Source of the DNA: Octopus sinensis
Taxonomy: Eukaryota
Assembly: GCF_006345805.1 (NCBI RefSeq)
Contig: NW_021832594.1
Location: 1-64,000 of the forward strand
Direction: 5' to 3'
DNA length: 64,000 bases
Shown piece by piece: positions 51,901 to 63,659 of the stretch; position 1 is the stretch's first letter, and every line of letters begins with the position of its first letter. The notes below the pieces were generated by a model. The model saw nothing but the letters and a program-made list of their open reading frames with translations. It was not told where the DNA came from and made no database searches. Made by a program: the position numbers and the translations under genes.

Positions 51901-54900
51901 TCTCCAGTTTTTGTAGTTATGATGGTGGAGGATATCGACTCCTTACTCTTTTTTCTAAAATGCACCATAAATGTTCAATAATATTTAGATCTGGGGGACT
52001 GTGGTGGCCAGATAAGATGTTTTTTTTTTACTTCACTAAAATGTTCCTTGTGCCATTCAGTAATAACTATAGCTGTATGAATTGGTGCATTATCATCCTG
52101 AAAGATTGCAACCATAGGATGAATTTGATCAGGTAAAATGCTTAAATAGTCTTGACTATTAATTCTGCCATGAAGGGAAACCATTAGGCTGGTGGATTTC
52201 CAAGTTATAGCCCCCCAGATCATCACAGATCTTCCTCCATGTTTCACAGATGGAAGAAGGCAGTCTGGGTTAAATGCTGTTTTTGGCTGTATCCACATGT
52301 ATACTCAGCCAGTGGTCGGAAATTAGGTAAAGGATGACTCGTCTGAGAAAATAACATCCTTCCACTGTTCTAAGGACCAATTCTATAGGTTTTTACTCCA
52401 CTCTAAACACTTTGCAGCATTTTTTTTTGAAAGTAGTGGTTTTCTGATTGCAACCCTCCTGTGAAATCCGGCTTTGTGCAGCTCCTGGCAAACAGTTTTT
52501 GTGGAAACTGGATTCTCGAGGTGGTCATTAAGGCATACGTAGAAACTCCATAAGATATACCTGGTGTAAGCTATGGACACATAAGAAGTGCAGCAAAGTC
52601 AAAGAAAGGTTAACTGGGAAGATTAGTTTTTGTGTGTGGCAGATGTACAGGTGCAATAAATGCCGAAGATGTACAGAAAACATTCCATCACATGCCAAGG
52701 GAGAAAAACTAGTAGTTAACCGCTTCTGTTATCTAAGTGACCAAGTCAGTAGCGGGAGTGGATGCTCTGAGAGCGTGGCTGCTAGAATAAGACTGGCCTG
52801 GGCAAAGTTCAGAGAGCTCCTACCTCTGCTGGTAACAAAGGGCCTCTTGCTCATAGTAAAAGGTTGACTGTATGATGCCTGCATGTGAAAAGCCATGCTA
52901 CTTGACGGTGGAACATGGGCGGCGACTGGTGAGGACATGCGTAGGCTTCTAAGACACAAATCTAGTATGCTCTGCTGGATGTGTAATGTCAGTGTGCATA
53001 CATGATAGTGTAAAGCACCCTGTGGGAGAAGTTGGACATAAGAAGCATCAGATGTGGTGTGCGGGAGAGACAACTGCACTAGTATGGTCATGTGATGTGT
53101 ATGGATGAGGACAGCTGTGTGAAGTGTCATACCCTAACAGTGAAGGGAACCTGTGGTAGAGGTAGACCCAGGAAGACATGGGATGAGGTGGTGAAGCATG
53201 GCCTTCAAACGTTGGGTCTCACAGGGGCAATGACAAGTGACTGAAATTTTTGGAGATCTGCTGTGCTTGAGAAGATCCGGCAAGCCAAATGAGATTGTAA
53301 TTGTGGTTGATGTCAAGGTCACGTAACTGGCCTGTTTAAAAGCACCCTTCAATCGTTGGTCAATATGCTGTGCTTGAGAAGAACTGTTGAGTCAAGTGAA
53401 ATCATTGTCATGGCTGACTGGCCTGTTCAACTGAGTGAATTTTAGTTATGGCTGATGCCAGTGCCACCTGAATGGTACCCATGCTGGTGGCACATAAAAA
53501 GCACCATTTGAGTGTGGCTGATGCCAGTGCAGCCTGACTAGCTTCTGTGCTTGTGGTATATAAAAATATAAAAGCACCCACTACACTCAGAGTGGTTGGC
53601 ATTAGGAAGGGCATCCAGCTGTAAAAAACCTTGCCAGATCAGATTGGGGCCCAGTGCAGCCTCCCGCTTGTCCAACCCATGCCTATGTGGAAAGCGAACT
53701 TTAAATGACGATGATGAACAGGTTTCTTTCAGTTTCCATCTACCAAATCCACTCATAGTACTTTGTTTGACCAAAGACTAGTGCCACATAGTTGGACTGA
53801 ACCTGGAATAACGTGGCTGGTAAGCAAACTTCTTAGCACAAAGCCATGCCTATCCATCCATCCATCCAACCAGTAGCCTGTCATCTGAAATGTAATTCCT
53901 TCATGACCATATATCTTATAGACATGCACTGCTTATGTCTTTCAAGTTTTCAAATAGTCAAAAGTGTGGAAGTAATTAACTATTTCTTGAAGCTGATATC
54001 AGAACCATAATTTCACAAAAGTTTCTCATATAAAATCTATGCTGCAAAGTTTTAAATTAGTTCAGATTTCTTTAAAATGAATGATTTTTCTTTAAAAGAA
54101 GCAGAGTGGATAACAAAACGGTTTGTATTAAACGCATTCTAGTCTACAGTTTATAACTGATTGCTTCTGCTCATATTTTGAAATTGTTTCTCTTCCTTCA
54201 GCTCCCAGAAATCTGTTACATTTTGAGTGAGCTGACTTTATATCCTGATGTTACATTATTCCGAATAAATGAGCTGATTTTGTTGTGGAAGAAAACGGTA
54301 AAGTGTTTCATTGACATCGTCATTTAATGCTATTTCCATACTCATTGTCTGTTCTGTAAATGCAAAAATATTGATTTGTGATGTGACTGGTGCCAAACAA
54401 ATTTTGTGACTAAGTGGAATTTCTAGAACGTTTTAAATTGCCAAGTTTCTCTTATCTATCCAACACAATCTTGAATATGTACTTTCTCTCTCTCATTTTA
54501 TCCATGAACTTTCACTCTCCTCTTCCCTCTCTCGCACTCACACACATTTGCAAGTATGTATCTGTGATTGTTCAAACTGTGTTGTCACTTCTGTAAACAA
54601 ATTGCTTGTTACTTTGTTCTTGCAAAGTCATTTGATATAAGCGATGCTTTACTTGCAAATCACCTAAGGGTTAGTGACAGGAAGGGCATCCAACTGTAAA
54701 ACAATGCCTTAGTCACATATATGTTTAAACAGTACTAGCATGGCAAAACACTGACCTGCTTGTACAGTTAAATGTGAACAGGCATTCCTTAAGGTTTGGT
54801 TCATTTGATTAAGGTTCTTAGTAGTTCAGTGTTTGGATTAGTGATGTTTGTGTGTATGTCATTCCTGAGATTTGTCTCTTTGACTTGATATTCATCTTCT

Positions 54901-57651
54901 TTGAATTTCAGAAAAACTGAAGTGTACAAAAATCAAACATACAGACTATTTGTGCATGTGCTAGAATAACAAAATTATTACCAAGTCAATTGGTCTCTTG
55001 GTTAAATCATAGGCCTTTTGACAGCCAGTGAGAAGGATCAAGTTAACTAATCAATTAGTTTCGGCTCTTGTTAAAGCCATCGTCAGGATTTGATTACTTG
55101 TTTACTGAGACACAAAAGTGTGCACCACTGACTGAACCAGACCTGACCTAATTTACATAAATGTTGCTAGAGTGGTTGAGCGTATTAATGAACTGCTACA
55201 CTGACACAGCATATATGAGATTAGCTTCATAAACAGTTCCAATTTTGTATTTAATAAGCATATCTATATTCCCGTATGCCCACGGGCATATGGCGTAGTG
55301 GTAAAGAGTGCAAGCTACTAACCTCAAGATTCCGAATTCGATTCCAAGCAGTGACCTGAACAATAATAATAATAATAACATTGAAAAATTCCTTAGGAAT
55401 GAGAACCCAGGTTCGAAATTTCCCCAAGATACCCGAAGAAGGCTGGAGGGTATATCAGCTGAAATGCTGTATTAACAACAAAGATGAAGACAAATATCCG
55501 TCAAATGTAAATAATGTACATAATTCCTCATCTCTTAAATATAAAACTGTAATATCTATATCCATCTGCCTATCTGGCTATCATCTTCATCATTTTAATG
55601 TTGACTTCTCCATGCTTGATTCAACTACTTTGAATGCTTTACAGTTAATATGGTTTACAAGAGCTGCTGGCTCTGTTGTCAGTATGATATCTGCCAACCA
55701 GCTGAAGAGTCAGAGTTTATACTCTGTAAGCATTACTGCTCTATGTTTACAATGAAGGCACTTTACTCTGTTACATATCATAGACTGGAACTGTCTACTC
55801 CAGTAATCAGCATCTACATTATATAAGTTCTAAGATCCTTATTTTCGTTTCTGCTGCCATCATTCCACACTGGACTCAATATTAATGAATGTAAGTTATA
55901 TATCTTTTTCTCATTTGATGTTTTATCTTTTCAGGGGAATGTCCCTTCATTAATTGGTTTACTAACGAAATATAAGATGCTGCAGCCTGATAAATTAGGG
56001 CTGTCACTTCCAAAATATCAAGTAATTTTCTTTTTGTTTTTTCCATTTTTTTAACTATCAGTTTTACTTACACAAAGCTGCAAACACATAATGCTGTGCT
56101 CCAGCATGGCCTGAAATATATATACATAAATATTATTACTGCCATTTATTATCATTTTAAAGGCAGGTAACTGACAGAATTGCTTGCAAACCAGGCAAGA
56201 TGCTTACTGTAAATCCTTGAGTATAATCCGCATTTTTTCCCCAAAATTTAAAGGTCAAAATCCTTAGAGCATACTATGTACAAGGTTAAAAATGAAAAAT
56301 ATATTCTAAGCAATGTCCGAGTCTCTATTTGCTGTTTGGCAATGTTTATTCAGACGCATTTTGTGATGTCGGGCGCGAAAATACCTTAAGCTAAGCCTGA
56401 AAGCAATGAAGTCATAAAAGAATCATCTATAACTTGCAGTAAGCAACATTTATTAAAATAAAAGTATTCAGAACACAGAATAACATGTAACAAAAACAAT
56501 TTGCAAACATATTTACATTCCCATATAACAGTTAAGAACATCACCATTATTGTATTATGCATGCGCGGAAGTGTTTGTTCGACTGGCTTAATTACGCACG
56601 ACTCAAGTTAGAGAAGGAGTGTGTATTATACACAAGGTTTAGGTTTTCCAGAGGTACAGCCCCCTAAAAATCTCCTGCGTATTATACTCAAGGGTGGACT
56701 ATACTCAAAGATTTACGGTAATGGTATTTCTCCTGTCTCTTCACATCCCAAGTTTGTTATACAACCAACAACTATGTTCTTTTTTATTCATATATCAATT
56801 TAATATCACGCTATCGATATACAGCTGATTTAGTGCCTTTTGACATCTTTCTGCATCTCTATCTTCTCCAGGAAGCTATGCAATTCATCTTCTATGAGGC
56901 TAGTTAATTTTTCAAATAATAGTAAGCATGGCAAAACATAGATCTATATTTACTAATCTACCCTCGCTTTTCTTTATCCGTCTGTACTTGCACTGTATGC
57001 CAGGTACATGCATCACAACCACACGTGCAAAAATGGTGACCTCCTATCAAGACAAAATGTGCATGACATTACAGGTGGGGACCGAGTTTGAATTTTCTTC
57101 GGATTGAGTAGCCCCTCATGCTCAAAAGGTCCCTGAATAAGTGCTGTTTAAGGCTAAGGAATAAAACACCTTTGTTTCCACGGGTGAATTATTCAAGCAC
57201 CCCCCCCCCCCCCAAACCCTCTCAATACATGGCTATGATGCTCCCTCACTATTCTTGCTTTGATCAGAGATGCACATATCGTCAGCCACTAAGGGACATG
57301 CTCAACTGGTTGTGGTGAAACAGATGACAAGCAAATCTGTGGTATTACCGAACATGACATTTGCTGTGGTCCATTTTTTGTACCAAGGCAAAACCTGTTT
57401 ATGTTAACACTCCCAATCAGTTAACATCAGAAGCCATGAGAACTGCTGCCTCTTATTGCATCGGGGCATTTATTATTATTATTAGTAGTAGTAATTCCTC
57501 TTGCTCTTTAATTTTTGAGTTCAAATTCCTCTAAAGTCAGCTTTGTCTTTTGTCCTTTCAGCATAAATAAAATAAGCACCAGCTTAGATGTAATCAACTA
57601 ATCCTCCCCCATTGAAAATTGCTGCCCTTGTGCCAAAATTTGAAACCATTG

Positions 57652-57686
<35 letters not shown>

Positions 57687-60600
57687 GTTGGTGCTCTCTA
57701 TTCTACTTTTCAGCGCTTTTATAGATCACCAAATTCAAAAATGCAAAAGATTATCCAAGCTGTTCAGCTACGAAGGGGACTGGAATTAAAAGCTTTAGCA
57801 CAGAAATCTGTTAATAGTCCAGTAAGGTTTTTTTCTTTTCTTTTTTTTTTCAATGTTTTTATCTGTCTTTGATTTTAAAAAAATACTGTCGAGATTAAGT
57901 TACATATGCTAACATGCTAACTTAAAGATAGCATTTTGGCAGTGACATATATAAGTAAATCAATTATCCAGAGTATATTTTTTGTGTGAAGTAAGTAAAA
58001 TATATTAAACACAGTTGGAGAATGGCAGGAGCAGGGTTAAGAATTACTGATGTGGAGATTCCTGCAGTGATTAATCAACGGTCACCCTCATTCAGTACAC
58101 TTTTGATCAAAGGCTTCCAACCACAATCATCTGTTCTCTTATATAGCGGAGACCACGACTGAGGCTGTTCCCATGTGTGGTTAGACACTGATGAGCCTTC
58201 ATAGAAATTGTAAATACAAATTGAGATATTACAATAAGCTAAAAGTAGCTACTTGAACCATTTTGATTGACTTCGCGCACACACCACTTTTATTTTTTTC
58301 AGTATGCTTGTTTGAAGCGATCACTTCGGAAACAAATTTATGCAGATTGTAAACAAACACAAAATGGGGGATCAAAGTTTGGAAAATTTGTGAAGCAAAT
58401 ACTGGGTACTGTTGTGGATTTAGTTTTTATACAGGGAAACTAATGTTAGTCAGCACGGCTTAGGGTACGATGTGGTCTGGAAGTTATTGTTTGAAGCGAT
58501 CAATGTGGAAACAAATTTACGCAGATTGTAAACAAACACAAAATGGGGGATCAAAGTTCGGAAAATTTGTGAAGCAAAAATACTGAGTACTGCGGTGGGT
58601 TTAGTTTTTATACAGGGAAAATAATGTTAGTCGGCATGGTCTAGGGGACGATGTGGTCTGGAATTTATCACTTCCATACCATAACCAGGGCTGTATATTA
58701 TTTTTTGACTGGTCAAACTTACGGTGGATTCCAGTATTTCAGTTTATTCCACCTTTATGGTACACCTGTTGTGCATTAAATTCAATTGATGATCTAGTGA
58801 TGTGCACAATTCTTCTTTATCAAAATTTTGTTGCATCACCATTTGAATATTAGCTGATGATTCATTTTCTATGGTGATGTTTAAACAAAATTTTAATATT
58901 TTTACCTTTTGCTCAATTTACCTGGATTTACCTGTAATTAAAGTCACTTTGAGACAAAAGTTATGCAATAGAATTGATTAAGAACCCTTTCTTTAATTAT
59001 GTTCCAAATATCACATTAATATGTTGATAAGTAAAAAAGTTACAGTTATTTAATGAAACAAGCCTAAATTCATGATTATTTTAGAATTTAATTGAAATTC
59101 ATGAGGGGTGTATTTTGGTCAGAAATATTGTAACGAAAGGGTTAAATTATGATGATGTGCTTGAAAGGTGATGGTTGTTATTCTCCTTTCCAAAGTGAAG
59201 AAAACATTTGTTTATCTTTCATGATTTCATTTCCAAGATTCACAATGCCATATACCAGTGGTTCTCGACCATTTTTTTTATTTGTGGAACCCTTTGAGTT
59301 CTATTTTACTTGGGTGGACCTTCATTGCCAGTCAGTGTTTAAAAACATTTTTGTATTGTTTAAAACATGTATATATATTTTTATTATGTTTCTATTATAA
59401 CGGTGATTATCTGGTTTATAATGGTTTTGACTTGGAAGAGATAATAAATATATATTTTTCTTGAGTAGGAATCTATGGTGATAAACGTGTCACTTATAAC
59501 TTAATCATAAGCATTTATCACCATGCATAAGTCTTAACTGAGGCTGTATAACTGCTGTGGGGAATTATACACACCACAAGACGCTGAACATGCTTGCTTT
59601 TTGTTTTTCACCTCTATAACAACAGTTTCATACTTGCAGAAATAAATTTCATCGACAGGTTGAAGAAAATGAAGAAAAAGAAATTATTTACTAAATTAGT
59701 TTGTTTACAGTACATTTATAAGTCAAAAGAAAAATGTCATAGTGAATTACGACATAAAATTTATATTAACTAATTCTTCCATAACTAAGCTACAAGAGTT
59801 TTAAACAATTCAAAATAGCCTTGTTGAATTATATAAAAGACTTGGCATTGCAATGACCACTATCTCAAGTGAGTGAGTGCCGTGGAATTGAGTGACAACC
59901 AATGAACACTGATTAATTTCCCCAAAATCAGGGTTTTTAAAGCTGTTCCTACCTGAATACTAAGAACTGTATTTTGTGAAAGATTTCTCTTTGATGAAAG
60001 TTAGAATTCAAATATGGGCAGTAATTTTAACCAATAGGAAACTAATAATTATACCTATTCGGGCAACATGACCATTACATCATATTACCGCCGATAAGGG
60101 TTTATTAGGACTTGCATCGTTACACTGTATTTAAAAACATTTTATATGTTTATAATTAAATATTATTAGTATCCGAGTTGACAGTACCTTGGTAGATAAA
60201 GCAATTAAGAGTATGAAGACAGGTAAAGCCCCCGGCCCATCAGGAATCACTGCAGAGATGCTCAAAATATCTGGCAGTGTCGGCTATAGCCTAGTCAGCT
60301 GTATAGTTAACCAGGTGATACACGAAGGAGTCATACCCAATGACTGGTGTAGCAGCACTATAGTCAATTGCTACAAAGGTAAAGGTAACGCTTTCGATAC
60401 AAATAATTAGAGAGGTATCAAGATATTGGATCAAGTAATGAAGGTCATGGAGAGGGTTATAGCCCAACTAATTAGGGAGAGAGTCAGTTTACATGAGATG
60501 CAGTTTAGGTTCGTGCCAGGGAAAAGCACCCACTACACTCTCGGAGTGGTTGGCGTTAGGAAGGGCATCCAGCTGTAGAAACTCTTCCAGATCAGATTGG

Positions 60601-61222
60601 AGCCTGGTGCAGCTATCTGGTTTGCCAGTCCTCTGTCAAATCGTCCAACCCATGCCAGCATGGAAAATGGACGTTAAACGATGATGATGATGAATTGTAT
60701 AAAAGAAATTTTAATATTTTGTGTATTATAGAAATATAACCAATTTATTGCACATGATTTGTTTAATGAGCAAAATCTCATATGGGCCCCACTTGAGAGC
60801 CACTGCCGTAAACGTTTTATGAGGAATGTTACAAGTTTAGTAATGTGTCCTTTTCACTGAAACTTCTCAAGTTCTGATAGTGACTCAGCAATTAGAGCAA
60901 GGTCATCAGCATAGAGGAGCTCCCAGGGGATCCTGTCTTGAATTCCTCCATTATTGCTTGGAGGACTATGATAAATAGGAGGAGGCTGAGGACTGAACCT
61001 TGGTGGACCCCAACCTCTCTTAAAGTGAAATAATATCATTATCTTGTTTTTCAGGTTCGAAAGAAAGCCAAACTGAGTAAATTAATTCCTCAGGTTCAAT
61101 CTTCAGTAAATGATTATGTACCAACTTCTGATATTGTGAGGCCGGACCACTTTCCTGAAACTGTTTCATTCAACAGGATACTCACATTTGAAGACCTTCT
61201 TCAGTATATCGATCAAATTCAA
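33851..61222 (+). CDS. CENPI: CENP-I copy B (inverted paralog); 8 exons in window, continues past the right edge
   Basis: Exons 33851-33953, 42503-42634, 49719-49849, 51043-51150, 54202-54297, 55935-56021, 57714-57821, 61055-61222 (933 nt, 311 codons, no stop). Exon lengths and phases are identical to copy A. 63800-64000 aligns with the copy A intron just upstream of exon 9. Confidence 0.88.
34136..34316. mobile_element. hAT (Charlie-like) MITE
   Basis: CAGTG..TTTTCAA TIRs; 8-bp TSD GTGTAGAT. Confidence 0.9.
35091..35359. mobile_element. MITE with TIRs of about 57 bp
   Basis: CATTCCTTCGATGTAACTCGACAAAATCAAAACATTTCACTTCGGGTA.. is mirrored at 35304-35359; TSD not resolved. Confidence 0.65.
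41102..41320. mobile_element. hAT MITE, same family as 34136-34316, opposite orientation
   Basis: TIRs CAGTG/CATTG; 8-bp TSD CATTATAC. Confidence 0.9.
41930..42174 (-). mobile_element. Short non-autonomous Helitron in B intron 1 (paralogous to 27601-27896, small internal deletion)
   Basis: Reverse-complement match with shared flanks. Confidence 0.78.
42503..42634 (+). CDS. CENPI: CENP-I B exon 2: (E)SSFKKPRGKLKTCIVNVKVCARAVGLSHEDILGLVNVAASLRY
   Basis: AG/GT intact; 3 nt and 2 aa differences from A. Confidence 0.87.
43170..43710 (-). repeat. 30-bp minisatellite (about 18 units), paralog of 26325-26605
   Basis: Tandem CATGTGCACCTTGATGCAGCTGTCCTCATC units with shared flanks. Confidence 0.9.
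45028..48147 (-). mobile_element. R4/Dong-clade non-LTR retrotransposon (RT + RLE endonuclease), internally deleted and dead, arm B only
   Basis: ORF pieces: N-terminal KWSREDN; RT YMDDL* (in-frame stop); YLGV...HPKAD.ERLY..RK.GGRGL; ETEGFIIAAQDQ, CCHC knuckle, RHD, NRPDI. Flanked by (TAA)n on both sides. Confidence 0.88.
49719..49849 (+). CDS. CENPI: CENP-I B exon 3: (G)IRISCDLIQCCIPQTTFPQRAAIRLLSCINHHTISEKANTSFT
   Basis: AG/GT intact; 11 nt and 6 aa differences from A. Confidence 0.86.
50139..50365 (+). mobile_element. SINE family C; other copies at 23562-23788(-), 24375-24600(-), 62348-62483(+), 62484-62706(-)
   Basis: GGCGGCGAGCTGGCAGAA..GAGTTCAAATT..GGGGTCGAT..AATAAAGAAATA repeated. 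Confidence 0.8.
51043..51150 (+). CDS. CENPI: CENP-I B exon 4: KLVFHWIVLVMPYMDAYDKLHAVYNVFFYLLRNYDI
   Basis: Identical to A exon 4 (0/108 nt). Confidence 0.9.
51729..52600 (-). mobile_element. Tc1 (DD34E) transposon, 5'-truncated
   Basis: TA|CAGGGGTTGGACAAAATA TIR; KHGG.SVMIWG, FQDDNAPIH, WPPQSP motifs. Confidence 0.88.
52690..53330 (+). mobile_element. RTE LINE ORF2 3' part; arm A keeps only the distal piece (about 22390-22678, minus)
   Basis: FCYL.D...ARIRLAWAKFRELLPLL...GHV..MDEDSCVK...GRPRKTW. Confidence 0.85.
54202..54297 (+). CDS. CENPI: CENP-I B exon 5: LPEICYILSELTLYPDVTLFRINELILLWKKT
   Basis: Identical to A exon 5 (0/96 nt). Confidence 0.9.
55270..55551 (+). mobile_element. tRNA-headed SINE with 10-bp TSD, arm B only
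   Basis: A box TGGCGTAGTGG, decayed B box, TSD ATATCTATAT; empty site in arm A at about 20197-20206. Confidence 0.8.
55935..56021 (+). CDS. CENPI: CENP-I B exon 6: GNVPSLIGLLTKYKMLQPDKLGLSLPKYQ
   Basis: 2 nt and 1 aa difference from A. Confidence 0.88.
56207..56718. mobile_element. Tc1/pogo-type MITE, arm B only
   Basis: TIRs CTGTAAATCCTTGAGTATAATCC / GGACTATACTCAAAGATTTACGG, TA TSD; empty site GATGCTTA|ATGG in arm A near 18680. Confidence 0.85.
57714..57821 (+). CDS. CENPI: CENP-I B exon 7: RFYRSPNSKMQKIIQAVQLRRGLELKALAQKSVNSP
   Basis: AG/GT intact; 21 nt and 11 aa differences from A, with no indel or stop. Confidence 0.85.
58309..58668 (+). repeat. Tandem duplication of a unit of about 180 bp
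   Basis: TGTTTGAAGCGATCA...GATGTGGTCTGGAA occurs twice head-to-tail. Confidence 0.85.
60175..60522 (+). mobile_element. RTE LINE RT N-terminal fragment
   Basis: AIKSMKTGKAPGPSGI.AEMLK...IP.DW..S.I...YKGKG....N.RGI. Confidence 0.85.
61055..61222 (+). CDS. CENPI: CENP-I B exon 8: VRKKAKLSKLIPQVQSSVNDYVPTSDIVRPDHFPETVSFNRILTFEDLLQYIDQIQ
   Basis: AG/GT intact; 7 nt and 5 aa differences from A. Confidence 0.88.
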
Positions 61223-61967
61223 GTAAGAGCAGCTTTTCTTCCTTATTTTCCTTCCCATTTTGATTAAATAAACCTTATGTGAGAAACACGGATTTAGGTA
61301 ATTAACAAATGTTTCTTAAAGATAACACAGTCAATAAATAATGCAAGACATGTATAATGTGTGGGGGTTTATACTGGGTAATGTGATACTGAGGTATGTG
61401 ATCCCTACTCATAACTGCTGACGGATCGGCTGTATGGTAAGTAGCTTGCTTACCAACCACATGGTTCCATGTTCAGTCCCTCTGCGTGGCACCTTGGGCA
61501 AGTGTCTTCTACTATGGCCTTGGACCGACCAAAGCCTTGTGAGTGGAGTTGGTAGACAGAAACTGAAAGAAGCCCGTCGTATATGTGTATGTTTGTGTGT
61601 CTGTGTTTGTCCCCCCAACATCGCTTGACATCCCCGTAACTTAGTGGTTTGGCAAAAGGGACCGATAGAATAAGTACTAGACTTCCAAAGAATAAGTCCT
61701 GGGGTCGATTTGCTTGACTAAAAGCGGTGCTCCAGCATGGCCACAGTCCAATGACTGAAACAAGTAAAAGAGTAAAAGTATAAGTTTGTGTTATTAGACC
61801 CTAGTAGTTCAGTTTGCTTTCAATTTTTATTACTAGTAACACTTATTGTGATTGTGTCTAGTGGACTTAGGCTTAGCTGACTCTTTAGTGTATGGCTGCA
61901 TCAGATGCAGAGCAATTTTTTGATACAATAAAGAATAAGTGTTGCATATCTTTTATACCAATAAGTA

Positions 61968-63659
61968 TCAGGTTGGAATGAAAGTTACGTCTGATTGTAA
62001 AGTTTTTATTTATGTTTCTAGAAATATTTAATTATTCTCATAATGACCATTCCTTCATAGAACCTTATTTCATTTGTCAACAAGCTTATAGATGCTGTGA
62101 TTGTAAAATGCTTTAGTTTTTGATGCAAAGTATGATACCAATTATTTTCAGCCTCTTCTCCTGATGTCAACCTAAGACCATCCAAGTGATTCTGTGATAA
62201 TCATGGGGTGCAAGGACAGGAGAATATGGACGATGAAGCAATTTCTCTCAACAGAGCTCTTCCAAGGGATCTTCTGTCAATTGTGTAGTATGTGGGTGAG
62301 CATTATCGTGATGCACACACACACATACTCACACACACACACACAAACGTGGCGAGCTGGCAGAAACGTTAGCACACCAGGCGAAATGCTTAGCAGTATT
62401 TCGTGTGTCTTTATGTTCTGAGTTCAAATTCCGCCAAGGTCGACTTTGCTTTTCATCCTTTCGGGGTTGATAAATCAAGTACCTATTTCTTTACTACCCA
62501 CAAGGGGCTAAACACAGAAGGGACAAACAAGGACAGACAAACGGATGTCGATTTTATCGACCCCAGTGCGTAACTGGTACTTATTTAATCGGCCCCGAAA
62601 GGATGAAAGGCAAAGTCGACCTTGGCGGAATTTGAACTCAGAACGTAGCGATAGACGAAATACTGCTGACCATTTCGCCCGGCGTGCTAACGTTTCTGCC
62701 AGCTCGCAAGTACTATTTAAGTACTGGGTTCGATCTAATCTACTGGCCGCCTCCCCAAAAATTTTGGACCTTGTGCCTGGAGTAGAAAAGATTAACGTGA
62801 TGCAGAATGACTCCCTTTCTGTTAGGATGGGTGATTTTTGTCCAAAGCTGCTTTCAAACGATGAAGTTGATTGCAGTAAAGATTGGTGTCTAACAGTTTG
62901 TAATGGATAATTTCCTGAATATTCCACCATACATTCCTCAGGATCTTCTTTGGATGAAGTCATCCTCTTGGTTGCTGAGCTGGTCTGCTTCCTCAACTGA
63001 TTCATTGACATCAATGTTAAATACTATGATAAAGGATCCACTTCTCAACACCAGTAACAAGCCTCTCCAAAAATGGCATGTGACACTTGTCGTGTAAGCA
63101 ATGACTCACAACAAGCAATAAATTGTTGCAGATTCTCTTGAGATGGGTCGTGCGGGACCTATTTTCCAACTACTGAAGCCTTGCCAATTCTTATCAGTTC
63201 GCATAGGATAGTTGTATGGCTTGCTTTGAATTTCTTGGCTAGTTCCCTAGCACTAGGAACAGGGTTTGCTGTGATAACATCTTCCAGCTCTTGGGAATCA
63301 AAAGCTTTCAGATGATCTTTCTTTGGCTCATTGCCTAAGTTTCCACTTTGAAAACAGGGGAAACCAATTCCTGCAACTTCTTTCATTTACTACATCTCCT
63401 AAGTACTCTGAATGGAATTTGCTGCTGCTGCACTCACGTTGACACCTTTATGAAACTTGCATGGTAAAGCACATCTAATGTGTTCTTTGATTGAAGTGAA
63501 CATCAAAGAAGACTGTGAGCAATATTCTTTTAGCCTGAAAGAAGAAAATATAAATTACTCTTTGTTTCATTCCATGATTGACAACAAGAAGCAATACTTT
63601 AATAAATGTTGTCTAAAATTTCATTTAGAAAATCGAACTAAACTTTCATTCCAACCTGA
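61968..63659 (-). mobile_element. Decayed near-full-length mariner with both TIRs, interrupted by SINEs
   Basis: TA|TCAGGTTGGAATGAAAGTT and AACTTTCATTCCAACCTGA|TA; VPHD and HRPYSPVLAPHDYH (YSPDL) remnants. Confidence 0.8.

Noticed and set aside
19734-61222. Recurrent Q/R differences between paralogs as genomically hard-wired ADAR recoding
   Set aside because: Most are CGG/CAG or CGA/CAA, which CpG deamination explains more simply, and they go in both directions.
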